Source: Raja brachyura
Taxonomy: Eukaryota
NCBI GenBank assembly: GCA_963514005.1
Contig: OY740808.1
Location: forward strand, 11,780,001-11,844,000
Length of the DNA: 64,000 nt
Direction: 5' to 3'
In this document: piece by piece, positions 52,069 through 64,000 of the stretch
Layout of the letters: the number at the start of each line of letters is the position of its first letter
Position numbering within the stretch: position 1 is the stretch's first letter
Position numbers and translations under genes: made by a program
The notes under the pieces: model-generated
What the model was told of the DNA's origin: nothing
The model's database searches: none
What the model saw: only the letters and a program-made list of their open reading frames with translations

Positions 52069-54187
52069 TACGTACACAATGAAGAGGGGGAAATTGAGTG
52101 CCTAACATTCCAGAGCAGCTCTACTGGTATTACTGTCTTATGGTACAAAAACAGGCCCTTCGGCCCAACTCATCCATAGCAACCAAGTTCTCAATTTAAG
52201 CCAGTCCTGTTAGCCTGCATTTGGCTCCTATATCTCTAAATCTTTCCTGTCCATATGCCTATCCAAAAATGCATTTTAAATGTTGTTGTACCTGCATCAA
52301 TTACATCCTCTGGCACAATTTTATCAAAGGCTTTGCTGAAGTCCATCTAGATTATGTCTATGGCCATACTCATATAGCGTTCAAAAAGGCACTTTGGCCC
52401 AACTTGCCCACACAGACCAACATGTCGCATCCATATTAGTCCCATCTGCCTGCGTTTGGCCCATATCCCACAAACCTGTCAAATTGTTTCTTAAAAGTTG
52501 CAATAGTCCCAGTCTGAGCTACCTCCTTTTACAGCTCATTCCAAACACCCACCAACCTTTGTGTGAAAAAGTTACCCCTCAGATTCCTATTAAATCTTTA
52601 CCCTTTCACCTTAAACATGTCCTCTGTTTCTCGATTTCTCTACTCTGAGCAAAAGACCCATGTCAATGTTTTTGGTTACTTCTTCAGAGAACACAGTCAA
52701 ATTCATATGGTGCTATCTCCCATGTACAAAATCGCACTATTACTAATCAACTTCTGTTTGTCCAAATATAGTCCTTACCAAGAGACACACATTAACCACT
52801 CTTCAGTCTTGTGACACCTCATCCATGTCTAATGATGATTTATATATCAGCCTGGAATCTTGCATCTTCTTCTCCAGCTTCCGACAGTGTCCTTGCATAT
52901 ATCTGATCAGGCCCGAGAGATTTCTCCACCTTCATGCCCTCTCCGTATTAGTGCATTGTACATATTGCCTGAGGAAACTTTCCTGAATGCACTTTTCACA
53001 TCACATCTAAGTCCTTGACATCATGACAATATTGGGAAAGTAAAAACCCCTGTCGTGACAATGCTATTAGTCTTTCAGCTAGCTGCAATCTCCTACATAT
53101 TTGTTCCGCTAATTGCTGTTGACTATTTGGGGACATTTAGTATAATCTCAACAAGGTAACTATCCCCTTTTTATTTCTTAGCTCCACCCATATAGCCTCA
53201 AAGGTGTTGTATATTTGTGGATCAATATGACCCCAAGGCTGAAAGGGATTGTTGCTAATTGTGTTGGATCGTCCATGCACACAATGAATTTGTTTTTGTC
53301 TAGTGTCCTGGCAAAAATGGCTCTAGGATGGCATTTATCCTTCTGTCTTCCACCTTTTCTGTTAAACTCTACTTTGGTCATGTGAAGTTTTGAGATAGAT
53401 TATAACTTAAATCAGAATGATTGTTTATGCCGGCTTTTGATTCCAATTCAAAATGGAATTGGTTTGGATTTATAAAAGGATTGTACCCTTCCGTTTAAAT
53501 TGTTTCTTTGCATTCTATCAGCTTTTCTAAATCTTGAAATCTATTACTATCCACCTGTAGGTTCACTGTGCCTCCAAACTTTGTTCAGACGCTGATTTGG
53601 GAATCATGCCCGTGTAAAGAATCAAGCCCTGCAGAACTCCATTGTCCCCTTAATGTTCTGGAAAATTGACCTTTGTTACTGTTTGTTTGTAAATTTGCTG
53701 TCCATGTTTTCAACCTCTTATTAAAATTGAGGCCCATTTGAAAAAAAAGACTACCCTGTGGCACTTTATCCCAAACCTTATGGAAGATCATATATAACAT
53801 GTGACTGCACTCTCTTACTTCATCAAAAGGTTCAAAGTTGGTTTGAATGTAATTTGCTTTGAACTAAGTCTTTAACTAGACTCAGCAAGTGGGGTGAGGC
53901 ACAACATCTTAGGGAAAGTAAAACAACTGCAAAATGCTGGAAATACTCAGCAGATTAGGCTGCATCTATGGGAAGACAGCAGCTTCACCATTTCAGGTCA
54001 TTTCTTCCAAAGTTTATTGGGACCTAAGTAGCACTGGTATTACAAAAATGTACATGGCTTCAAAAGTGGAAAGATTGTTCTGCAAGATGTTTAAGTGTAA
54101 GACTGGATTCAACAGGTGCACATTTGTTTTAGTTTCAAATATGAAACGGGTACTCTTGTACATAACGTATTCCTATCATTTCTTTAG

Positions 54188-54364
<177 letters not shown>

Positions 54365-54454
54365 TGAGTGAGATGATAAAGCAGTACAGCTACAAGTGTT
54401 TATCACAGTAAGTAATTGATGCACTTGTTTACTTGTACTACTGTTTCTCTTCAG

Positions 54455-54542
54455 GCTCTTACCACACATTCGTGGCAACGTTGGCTTTGTGTTCACCAAG
54501 GAGGATTTATGTGAAGTTCGTGACATGCTGCTGTCCAACAAG
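54455..54542 (+). CDS. RPLP0: RPLP0 exon 4
   Basis: [29 protein letters not shown]|GTAAAC. Confidence 0.98.
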
Positions 54543-54885
54543 GTAAACGGTTTTGATCTCCAACTCTAATGTCCAACTCCAATAACATTAATTGCATTTC
54601 TTGTTTGTTTACGTTTGAGTCGATGATTAACTTCGGCATGGGATCTTCATTGTCAATTATGATATGACATCTATAGTTTAATGAAGTGCCCTCTGCACTG
54701 CTGGTGATGAGAGGAGAATAATTGGCACATCTTTAATGTTGGGTCAGTCTGGCTGTGGTCTTTATGTTAAGATGCATTCAGGTTGATATGCATTTGTATT
54801 AATTAAGAGTGCTTTCTGTTGTTTAGCGTCAACTCACATTGCTCTGCTTGCCTGTCTTTGTTCCACCAGTGCTGAATTACTTTAA

Positions 54886-55089
<204 letters not shown>

Positions 55090-55680
55090 TGAGATGTTGC
55101 ACAGAAACAGGCCCTTCCATTTATGCTAATCCTACATTAATCACATTTTTATTATTCTCTGCACATTCTCCTCAGCACCCCATTTTACCATTTGCTTATT
55201 AGGGGCAATGTACAGTAGCTGATAAACCAAACATTTAGCACATCTTTGGGACATGGGAGAAAACTGAGCCAACTGGAGGAAATCCATACATTGTCAGAAT
55301 ATGCAAAGTTTACACAGGAAACAACTAAGCTCAAGATTAAACCTGGATCTCTGTCACAGAGGCAGTCGCTCCACTATCCATGCTACCACTGTTTTTGTTT
55401 TAATTCCCTTAAATTAGTAGGATTAATTGTATGGCTTTTCTGAAGCCTTGTGCAGTTTTGTAATTGCTTTCACTGAATTATTATATTGTTTTACACGATT
55501 AAAGTTGAGTGACCTGATCCGCTGGCTGGGATTCATTTTATGGTGATATTTTTGTGTTTTCTATATGGAGCTTATAAAATTGTTACTGTGTATTTACCCT
55601 TGAAATAATTGTCCTTGTTATAACCTTTAGTATGCTGAAAAGTTGCCGTTCTTTCCTGACAACCAATTGTCTTCCCTTAG

Positions 55681-55866
55681 AACGATGTATATCTCATCAA
55701 GGTTGGTGACAAGGTGGGAGCTAGTGAAGCCACTCTGCTGAACATGTTGAATATCTCTCCCTTCTCCTACGGCTTGATGATCAGGCAGGTTTATGACAAT
55801 GGCAGTGTATATGAGCCTGAGGTCCTGGACATCACAGAAGAAACTCTGCAGAAATGTTTCCTGGAG
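55681..55866 (+). CDS. RPLP0: RPLP0 exon 6
   Basis: [32 protein letters not shown]...KCFLE|GTATGC. Confidence 0.98.
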
Positions 55867-55903
55867 GTATGCCAAATTACATTGCTCAGGCTTCTTGCTA
55901 GAG

Positions 55904-55991
55904 ATTTTGTAACGTCGTGATGGGCTCAGCCTTAAAGGATTTGGCTGTATTGTAAACACATTTAGGGTCTTGTGAGCTGACATTGCAAAAT
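55904..55991 (+). ncRNA. Candidate intronic box C/D (kink-turn) RNA in RPLP0 intron 6
   Basis: GTGATGG 55917-55923 and CTGA 55977-55980 enclosed by ATTTTGTAACGTC/GACATTGCAAAAT stem; family not recognised. Confidence 0.5.
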
Positions 55992-56599
55992 GCTGGTTCC
56001 TATTGTACTGGTAAATGCTATAACATCGTTTGAATTTGTCATAGACTTTTTTTTAAAATGTTCAAATGGCAATGTAGGACCTTACACAAGCAGGAAATGG
56101 ACTGCCTGGAATTTTGCACTGGAGCTTTATTGCATACTCTTTCAGCAGGTTGAAGCTTGGTTTCCTCATTAATACTCTGATTATACTTATTGATAAATAT
56201 AGTATTTTGGTTAGCATAGAAGGGATCTATAGTAGTTGTTGCCGAAAAGGGAACTAGTATCATCAAACACCCAGGCCATGCGCGCTTTCACTTTTACCAT
56301 TGGAAAATGGTATAGAAGTCTGAAAACCTTGACCACAAGATTCATGAATAGCTTCTTCCCAACAACAATCAAGCTCTTGAACACTGCACAACACCAATCA
56401 ATGGACTGTCTTTGGTTGCACTAAGTACTTGGGATTTTTTTTTCCACTAGTATTTGGGTTGTTAGTTTACTGAATGTTGTGCGTTAGATATTTATCTATT
56501 GTGTTACAGGCATGTTATGTTGTTGCAAGTAAGAATTTAATTGTTCTGTTGACAGTGCCTATAACAATTAAACACTCTTGACCTCAAATGTTTTCACAG

Positions 56600-56740
56600 G
56601 GAGTCCGCAATGTGGCCAGTGTGTGTCTGCAAATTGGTTATCCAACCATAGCCTCAATACCACATTCTATCATTAATGGTTACAAGAGGGTGCTGGCCAT
56701 CGCTGTGGAGACAGACTACTCCTTCCCATTAGCTGATAAG
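56600..56740 (+). CDS. RPLP0: RPLP0 exon 7
   Basis: [47 protein letters not shown]|GTAATG. Confidence 0.98.
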
Positions 56741-57273
56741 GTAATGGTGGACAGGTCTTTGTGTTGAATTCCAGCTGTTCAAATGTAAAGAGAAGAATTG
56801 ATTTGGATGTTGCTGATTCGTGAAATTATGGACGAGTAAGCTCATTCAACCCAATATAGGTATTGTGTTCTGTGATCCTGCAATTTCCCCCATGCAGCAC
56901 ATAACTGGTTACTGTTTTTCTTTATGCCACCACCGTGGTAATTGGAGTTCTGTTCAGTCCATTCTGAATATAACTTTTATGTGGATGTTACTGCAGAATT
57001 CAACATATCTTGCCTACTTATAATTAATTGCCTGTGGAAAATGGAGAGCTGACGCCTCAGACTGCTGCAGTCGTGGTGTAATAGACCCTCGGTTGCAGGC
57101 ACTCTGACATAATATTCCAGTATTTAGACTTGGTTACCATGAAAAACATTTATGTTTCCCTCTGACTCAAAGGGGACCTTGCAAATGCTATCCTCTTGTA
57201 CCTCTGACTTTAGTGCCCCTGGGTAGAACTTGTGGATTAGGTATTAAAGAAGGAACTGCAGATGCTGGAAAAT

Positions 57274-57428
57274 CGAGGGTACACAAAATACTGGAGAAAC
57301 TCAGCGGGTACAGCAGCATCTATGGAGCGAAGGAGATAGGTAACGTTTCCCCGAAACGTTGCCTATCTCCTTCGCTCCATAGATGCTGCTGCACCCGCTG
57401 AGTTTCTCCAGCATTTTGTGTACCCTCG
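57274..57428. repeat. Near-perfect inverted repeat of Penelope termini
   Basis: CGAGGGTACACAAAAT...AACGTTTC CCC GAAACGTT...ATTTTGTGTACCCTCG. Confidence 0.92.
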
Positions 57429-59883
57429 TGGATTAGGTAGGTGCTTTCAGAACTTTTTAGGCAAATAGAGCATGGAAACAAGCTCTTCGGTCACCATATC
57501 TGTGGGGAATAGCTATTCCCCACAGACATCAGGCTATTAAACTTGGTGCGGACAAAACTCTGAACATTAATACCCCTTTATCTGTTATTTGCACTGTATC
57601 AATTTATTTATTCATGTGTGTATTTACGTATATATTGGTATATAGACACACTGATCTGTTTTGGAGTCGATGCCTACTATGTTCTGTTGTGCTGAAGCAA
57701 AGAAATAATTTCATTGTCCTGTCAGGGACACATGACAATAAACTCTTTTGACTTTGTGATGAGCAGATATCAAAGTCAATGCCAATCTAAACAAATCCAT
57801 CCCTTTGTTGCCTGCCTGTTCATGTGGTTCCCTGCCTGTTTGTATGTCTGTCTATATGCTTCTTAAATATTACAAATTTGCCTGCTTCTGTCACCTTGAT
57901 CCAGGCACCTCCAACTCTTTTATTTTAAAGCACAAGTCTGAACCCAAAACGTCATCTGTACATTTCCTCCACAGATACTGCTCAGCCTGCTGAGTTCTTC
58001 TGGCTCTGTGTTTTACTCAAGTTGCATCACACATATTTTAAACTTTCCCTCGCTCACCTTGAACCTATGCCCTCTAGTATTTCGCCCTGCTTTTATCTCT
58101 AGCTCTCAAGATTTTGGATACTTCGATCGGGTCACTCCTCCATCTCTAAACCTCCAGCTCTCGTATATCATACAAATTGCAGCTACAGTGTGCTACTGCT
58201 GCAGAGAATGAATGTAATGTTAATCCAACGGGCTACTTTGTCCTTTGCCCTGCACTCTATATTTCTTTACTGTTTGAGCTACATGAATCTGGGCAAATAG
58301 TTCTTTATTTTTGGTATCATCACGGGCGGGAGGGGAGGGGAGAGGCTCACTGCATTATAGTTGGTATGGGACCTTTACTTGCTCTTCAGGTTCAATTGTG
58401 TATTGGCAAATTGCTCATTAATTATGACCTCTGTTTTGTTGTTGGTGAATCTAGTTATGGCATCGCTTTTGAGTGTAAGATTTTTGATTAGACACCTGCA
58501 TTTTAGTGTCCTCAGCCCATTATATTTATGGGCATGTTTGAACAGGGTTAATTGTCATTTGTCAGATCAGCTCTACTGTTTGATACCATTCTGCTTCATT
58601 ATTTGAAGATGTTCACCACTGAATATAACACTCCTTGATCTTGTTTCCACTTTAACCATGGCCCATTGTTCATCATGACTAGATTGATGGGGTAGGAGAG
58701 TTGAATTTTTATGCGAGGTGACGACACCTTAACTAGATGATCACTGAAATATTAGCCTATCTATGCCATCCGTTTGTATTACTTGTTATCACCTTCCCCA
58801 CGTCAAACAATGGACCATTGTGGGCTCCACCTTTCCTGGATCATCTTTGCAGACTTTGATCTGGTTTTTTTGCACCAATGTACCTTGTCATATCACTCAG
58901 TTCCCTCTCCTCTGTCTCTCAGTCTGAAGAAAAGTCTCAACCAGAAACGTCACCTATTTCTTTTCTCCAGAAATACTGACTGACCTGCTGAGTTACTCCA
59001 GCATTTTGTGTCTATCTTCGGTCTAAACCAGCATCTGCAGTTCCGTCTTACACAAAAAAAATCGATGTATTCTTTAGCGCAGCTGACTTAACATAGCTGC
59101 AGGTATTAAATGACTATCTTGTAGTACCCTGAAGCATTGGTGCAGAGACATAGTTCACATCCCATATCAGTAGCCGATGAATTAAAATAATTAAAAGTAT
59201 CTGGAATATTTTAAAGCTAGTACCACCACTGTCTGCCAACCTTGTTTTAGAAGATGTGACATCAGACCTGCCAATGTGTTTGACAGTTGCCTCTTCAATT
59301 CAGTGATCGTTGGATCTGCCAGTGATGTTCATATCCTGTGAATTAAATATTATTTTAAAAAATCAGATAGAAGGGAGAACAGTAAGAACATTCTTAAGTT
59401 CAGAATGATGGGCAGTGTTTTCATTTGAGCCTATGTAATGAAGTAGAATATTATGAAGGTGGCATTTTTATTATTTTCAACCTGCAATTTGCAAAAACAC
59501 AGTGCTTTTTAAAAATTATGTATAACAGATTGCAGTTGGATGTACAAATGGATGTGATTTGTTGCTGTTGCTTTTGAGTTTCTTTTCCTGATTCCTTTCA
59601 AATGCTGATATTCTAATCTCTGGAGATCTTCACCCCACCCCCGGTTTAATGTCACCCCTCTATTTGTCTATACCTTAAATTGTCATATTAATATCTTGTT
59701 CAGTGTCGAGCATTATCCCGTGTGTGGTCCTGGGAAGCTTTCTCTTAAAACTGTAATGTAATTATAAGCTGTTGCCTAAATGCAAGTCTGCAGCTAATAC
59801 TCTGAAATTGAAATAGTGGGAATTGTTCTGCAATTAAGGCAAAACTTAATTTAAGATGTAACACACCTGTTTTTGTTCTTAAG

Positions 59884-60030
59884 GTAAAAGCTTTCTTGGC
59901 TGACCCATCAGCTTTTGTTGCTCCTGTTGTTGAGGCTGCTCCAGTTCCTGCCAAGGAGGAAGTGAAAGAGGTGACGAAGGAGGAGTCTGAGGCATCTGAT
60001 GACGACATGGGCTTTGGTCTGTTTGACTGA
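59884..60030 (+). CDS. RPLP0: RPLP0 exon 8 (acidic P-protein C-terminus)
   Basis: [11 protein letters not shown]...[16 protein letters not shown]; exons sum to 312 aa. Confidence 0.98.
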   Translation, partial: VKAFLADPSAFVAPVVEAAPVPAKEEVKEVTKEESEASDDDMGFGLFD

Positions 60031-60080
60031 AAAAAAAGCAGCTACCCATTGTAGCACGGCTAATCAATCAGCCTAACCAA

Positions 60081-60086
60081 AATAAA
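60081..60086 (+). terminator. RPLP0: RPLP0 poly(A) signal
   Basis: AATAAA 50 nt after the stop, GT/T-rich downstream element. Confidence 0.85.
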
Positions 60087-60224
60087 ACATTTTATTTACG
60101 GAAACCTGTAGCTTGTGTGTTCATTTTTGAGTTTATTCATGACTGTTTTTAGCTTGTGGCTTTTATGCAATTTGAGTTTATTTTGTGGGGGATGGTTAGT
60201 AAGTACCTGCTTAATCACAGTCTC

Positions 60225-60705
60225 TGGGCCTCCTCCACGGCCAGAGTGAGCAACACCGCAAGTTGGAGGAACAGCACCTCATATTCCGCTTGGGGAGTCT
60301 GCATCCTCTGGGCTTGAACATTGAATTTTCTCAATTCTGTTAACTCTTGCTGTCTCCTCCCCTTCCCACCTCTCCCTCAGCCCTCGGGGGCCCTGGCATT
60401 CCCTCTCTCTCTATCTCTCCCCCACCCAAGTCGCACTAGCTTCTCATTTTCACACTACAAACAGCTTACAATGGCCTGTTTCCTTTATCATCGATACTTT
60501 TTTGCATATCTTTCATTCATTGTTCTTTATCTCTCCACATCAATGTCTATCTCTTGTTTCCCTGATCCCTAACCAGTCTGAAGAAGGGTCTCGACCCGAA
60601 ATGTCGCCTATCTCCTTCGCTCCTTAGGTGCTGCTGCACCCGCTGAGTTTCTCCAGCCTTTTGTGTACCCACGATTCTCCGGTATCTGCAGTTCCTTCTT
60701 TAACA
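60225..60705 (+). mobile_element. Penelope 3' fragment with hammerhead ribozyme core
   Basis: RKLEEQHLIFRLGSLHPLGLNIEF coding remnant, then CTGAAGA AGGGTCTCGACCC GAAA TGTC 60578-60605. Confidence 0.85.
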
Positions 60706-61759
60706 CGTCTCTGTCACATGGTGTAAATGTCGATCAGTGACGGGCAGCGGTGATCACTGCTGACAGTAAACTCAGGCTATTCAGCTTGAGTGCTCAGAAC
60801 AGGAGTTTCCCGTGCAGTAATGTGGTGGTATAACCAGTTTGCATTTGAAAGCTGGCAGTACAATGCAGAATGCATTTCGTGTTCAATTTGGAAATAAATA
60901 ATACTTCAAAAATATTCAGCAGGCCAGGCAGCATCTGTGGAGGGAAATTGATAGGCATGTTTCAGGTCCAGACCTTCGAGTCTGGGGAAGGGTCCTGACC
61001 TGAAAAATCTTTCAATTTCCCTCCACAGATGCTGCCTAGCCAGCAAAATTTCTCCAGCACTGTTTTTTGCTCAAGATTTTAGCATCTGCAGACTTGTGTG
61101 TAGGTAAATATTAACATGGAATTTGGATAGGGGATACTTATAGATAAAAGTAAACAATGCTGAAAATATACTTAATCTGAATTGTATCAGAATTGAAGTG
61201 CATCAATGTAAAATAAATGGTAATGTGGGACACAGCCATAGTTCGATGTTTATCTTAAATATTGACTGAGTTAATTCTTTATCCAGGGTAATGGAGGGAG
61301 GTTGTACTAACCAGAGTAATGAAAATTAAAACACAATAGAGAGCACGTTCAATGGCATCAGGCTTATTGTCTCTGATATTAATAATATATTGACTAAGCA
61401 GAGTGGTTCTCTGTGCCTAATTAAATGCTCTAGCTGTAAGTCACCGCTTCTTCCCGAGCCCAGGCTGGAGAATGGGGTTACCAAACCCGTTCAAGCTACA
61501 GCCAAGAAAGCACGCCAACATCTACTTCCTCAAAAGACTAGAGGTTTGGCATATCTCCAATTACTCTCCAGCTTCTACAGATGCTCAGTCCTCAAAAGCA
61601 TACTATCGGGATGGATCACAACTTGGTTTGGCAAAAGTTCTGCCCAGGTCTACAAGAAATTGCAGAGTTGTGAATATGTTTCCTGGTTTCTCTCAGATTG
61701 CATCTTTACCATGGATGTCCAGTCCTCTTGCACCTCAATCACCTACCAGGAAGGCACAA

Positions 61760-61945
61760 GGCTGTCCGGTTCTGGAACAGAGACCCAATCAATTTCCTTC
61801 TGTTAACACAATGCTCTGCCTGGTGGAAGATGTCCTCATTAACTGCTTTGAATCCTCTCACTTTCTCCAAGTTAAAGGTGCAGCCATGTGAACTGGCATG
61901 GGCCCCAGCTATGCCTGAGTTTTTGTTGGTCATGTGGAACAGACG
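61760..61945 (+). mobile_element. Penelope RT fragment
   Basis: HFLQVKGAAM*TGMGPSYA*VFVGHVEQ matches the PLE RT motif QxxGxAMG...PSYA. Confidence 0.75.
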
Positions 61946-63642
61946 GAGGAATTGGGAGCAGGATAGTCTTTGCAAGAGGCAGAGTGGGAAGGAAATACCG
62001 TGATAAACACCTTATCGAACTGTTGCTGCCTTCAATGATGAGTGTACTAAGATGCCTATGTTCAGTACTTCCTTGGACCCTACTGTCATTATGTATTAAC
62101 ATTATCACTTTACCCAAAATGCACAACTCTTCAGAATTAATATCCATCATTCCTCGGCCTACCTTACCATATCAATGTTCTGTAAATGAAGACTACCCTC
62201 CACATGATCAACAACAGTTCCATGATTTGTGTCAACTGTGCAGTTACTGATCATATCCTACATTTACATTCAAATTAGTAATGTATATAACAAACATCAA
62301 GGGCCTGAGCACCAATTACTTCATACATACTGGTCACAGGCTCCAATGCAAAAAGCTTCCTTGACCGTTACCTTCCATACCGAATCACCAAACATATTTT
62401 GCATCCAATTTACCAATACATTGAGGAATGGGACTGCTGGGAATGATCAGAGTACAAGCATGGGTACTCACAGCATGGGCTGAATTGTCATCTAAAGTAA
62501 GTGTAGGAAGGTGGGAATCTGACCAGACAGTCAAAAGAACTATCGAATCGGAAAATAATAAAATCAAGGGTGTAGAAAGGAACTGCAGATGCTGAAGATG
62601 AGAGGGTCTCGACCTGAAACTCACCAATCCTTTTTCTCCAGAGGTGCTGCCTGACTTGCTGAATTACACCAGCACTTTGCGTCTATCTTCATTAATAAAG
62701 TCAATACTGAGAGAATTGGTATCGGATGGTTTGAGAAAAGAGCTGGAAGTGGCAAATTTATAATTGCGGAATTAAATGGGATTTGAAGCATATCTTGCGG
62801 TTGATTACAAAGATGTACTATAGCGTGAGAAAAACATCTATCTATATATAAGTGATGGTTGTTGACCATCAATTATGTTTGCAAAATTCACACATTTTAG
62901 CTATCGTGTAAACTAGCCTCACAGGTTGTCAGGCAGTATTGTATTCTGTGGCGAGAATATTTGCAGTCAGAGGATGGTGTAAAACAGTTTAGCGATTTAT
63001 GACCTTTATATTGTTTTGCTATTGCAAAGACCCCTTTGATGTAACACCTACGCGAGACAAAACTAACCAGGTGCGTGAACTATTGCAAAATTTCACCAAA
63101 CTTGTTAAATTCACACCTTTGAAACATCCACACCAGTTCCTAACAACGAGCCAAGAGCTATTCTGCTTCTATATTGCATGAATAATAATGAGATTTATTC
63201 CTTGCATTGATCTCACATCTCTTTCAATCATCCCCTCCACCATTAACCCACGTGTGCTCGTTCGGCATTTTGCCCACTTAATACATTCTATTTACTATTT
63301 TTTTCATTCTTTTTCTGATCAGTAATCATTTACTTGCCAACCTGGACACGTACATTGGGTGAAATTTCTGGCCCAACAGCCGCTCAGAATATAGTCGGAT
63401 CAACAGGGTCGCTGGCTATATCGCTATTGGTCGCCACAGGTACATCTTGTTCCCTTTTGTGTCGCTGGTAGGTTCTATCTCAAATCCACCGCCTTGGCGT
63501 CACAGCAGTTTTTATATTAATTTATCTGATAAAATCACTGGGATTGATTTAATACAACCAATGAATATTTAAACCTCAAATTTGCTCCAGGCAGTGTTTG
63601 AAGCTGCAAAAGAGAGACTGGGGTGAATTGAGGGGTGGGATG

Positions 63643-64000
63643 CAAGTCAAGAGAGTTTATTGTCATGTGTCCCAGGTAGGACAATGAAATTCATGCTTGC
63701 TGCAGCACAACTGAATATTGTAGGCATAAATACAGATCAGTTCAGTGTGTCCATATACCATAGAATATATATATACACACATAAATTAACAGATAACGTG
63801 CAAAAGGCTGTTCAGAGTTTGTTTGAAGTTGTGTTTAATAGTCTGATGGCTGTGGGGAAGAAGCTGCTCTTGAACCTGGATGTTGCAGATTTCTGGCTCC
63901 TGTACCTTCTACTTGATGGCAAGCGGAGAGATGAGTGTGTGGCCAGGATGGTGTGGGTAGTTGATGCTGCTGGAAGCCTTTTTGTGGCAGCAACTGCAAT
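63643..64000 (-). mobile_element. Rex1/Babar-like LINE 3' end
   Basis: caagtcaagagagtttattgtcatgtg... tail and ctgatggctgtggggaagaagctg; related copies ~45130-45680, 56265-56582, 57490-57752. Confidence 0.55.

Noticed and set aside
63340-63520. Mildly CpG-rich patch as GCN1 promoter/exon 1
   Set aside because: No recognisable GCN1 start exon; may be a repeat fragment

Overview
Vertebrate genomic DNA, most likely a cartilaginous fish (skate/ray; inferred from CR1/HER1-type LINE tails, a V-SINE and abundant Penelope-derived elements). The window has two spliced + strand genes in the same order as in human. (1) Paxillin (PXN), from exon 2 to the 3' UTR (1213-~37140); exon 1 lies upstream of the window. 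It has LD1-5, four LIM domains and a large block of in-frame alternative exons between LD4 and LD5. (2) A complete RPLP0/uL10 gene (~47960-60100; 312 aa) with a TCT/5'TOP start and seven CCAAT boxes. The rest is mostly transposon debris (CR1, L1-like, Rex-like, Penelope, Tc1, Tigger-like, hAT and Harbinger MITEs). Most unexplained signal: nearly all non-repeat RPLP0 intron sequence folds by eye into nested multi-branch stem-loops, one carrying a box C/D kink-turn motif. Also notable: the PXN cassette has GC donors, a TGCATG (RBFOX) cluster, extra LD-like and LC8-like motifs and candidate microexons, and the Penelope remnants carry hammerhead ribozyme cores. All structures were read manually; no folding or database search was run.
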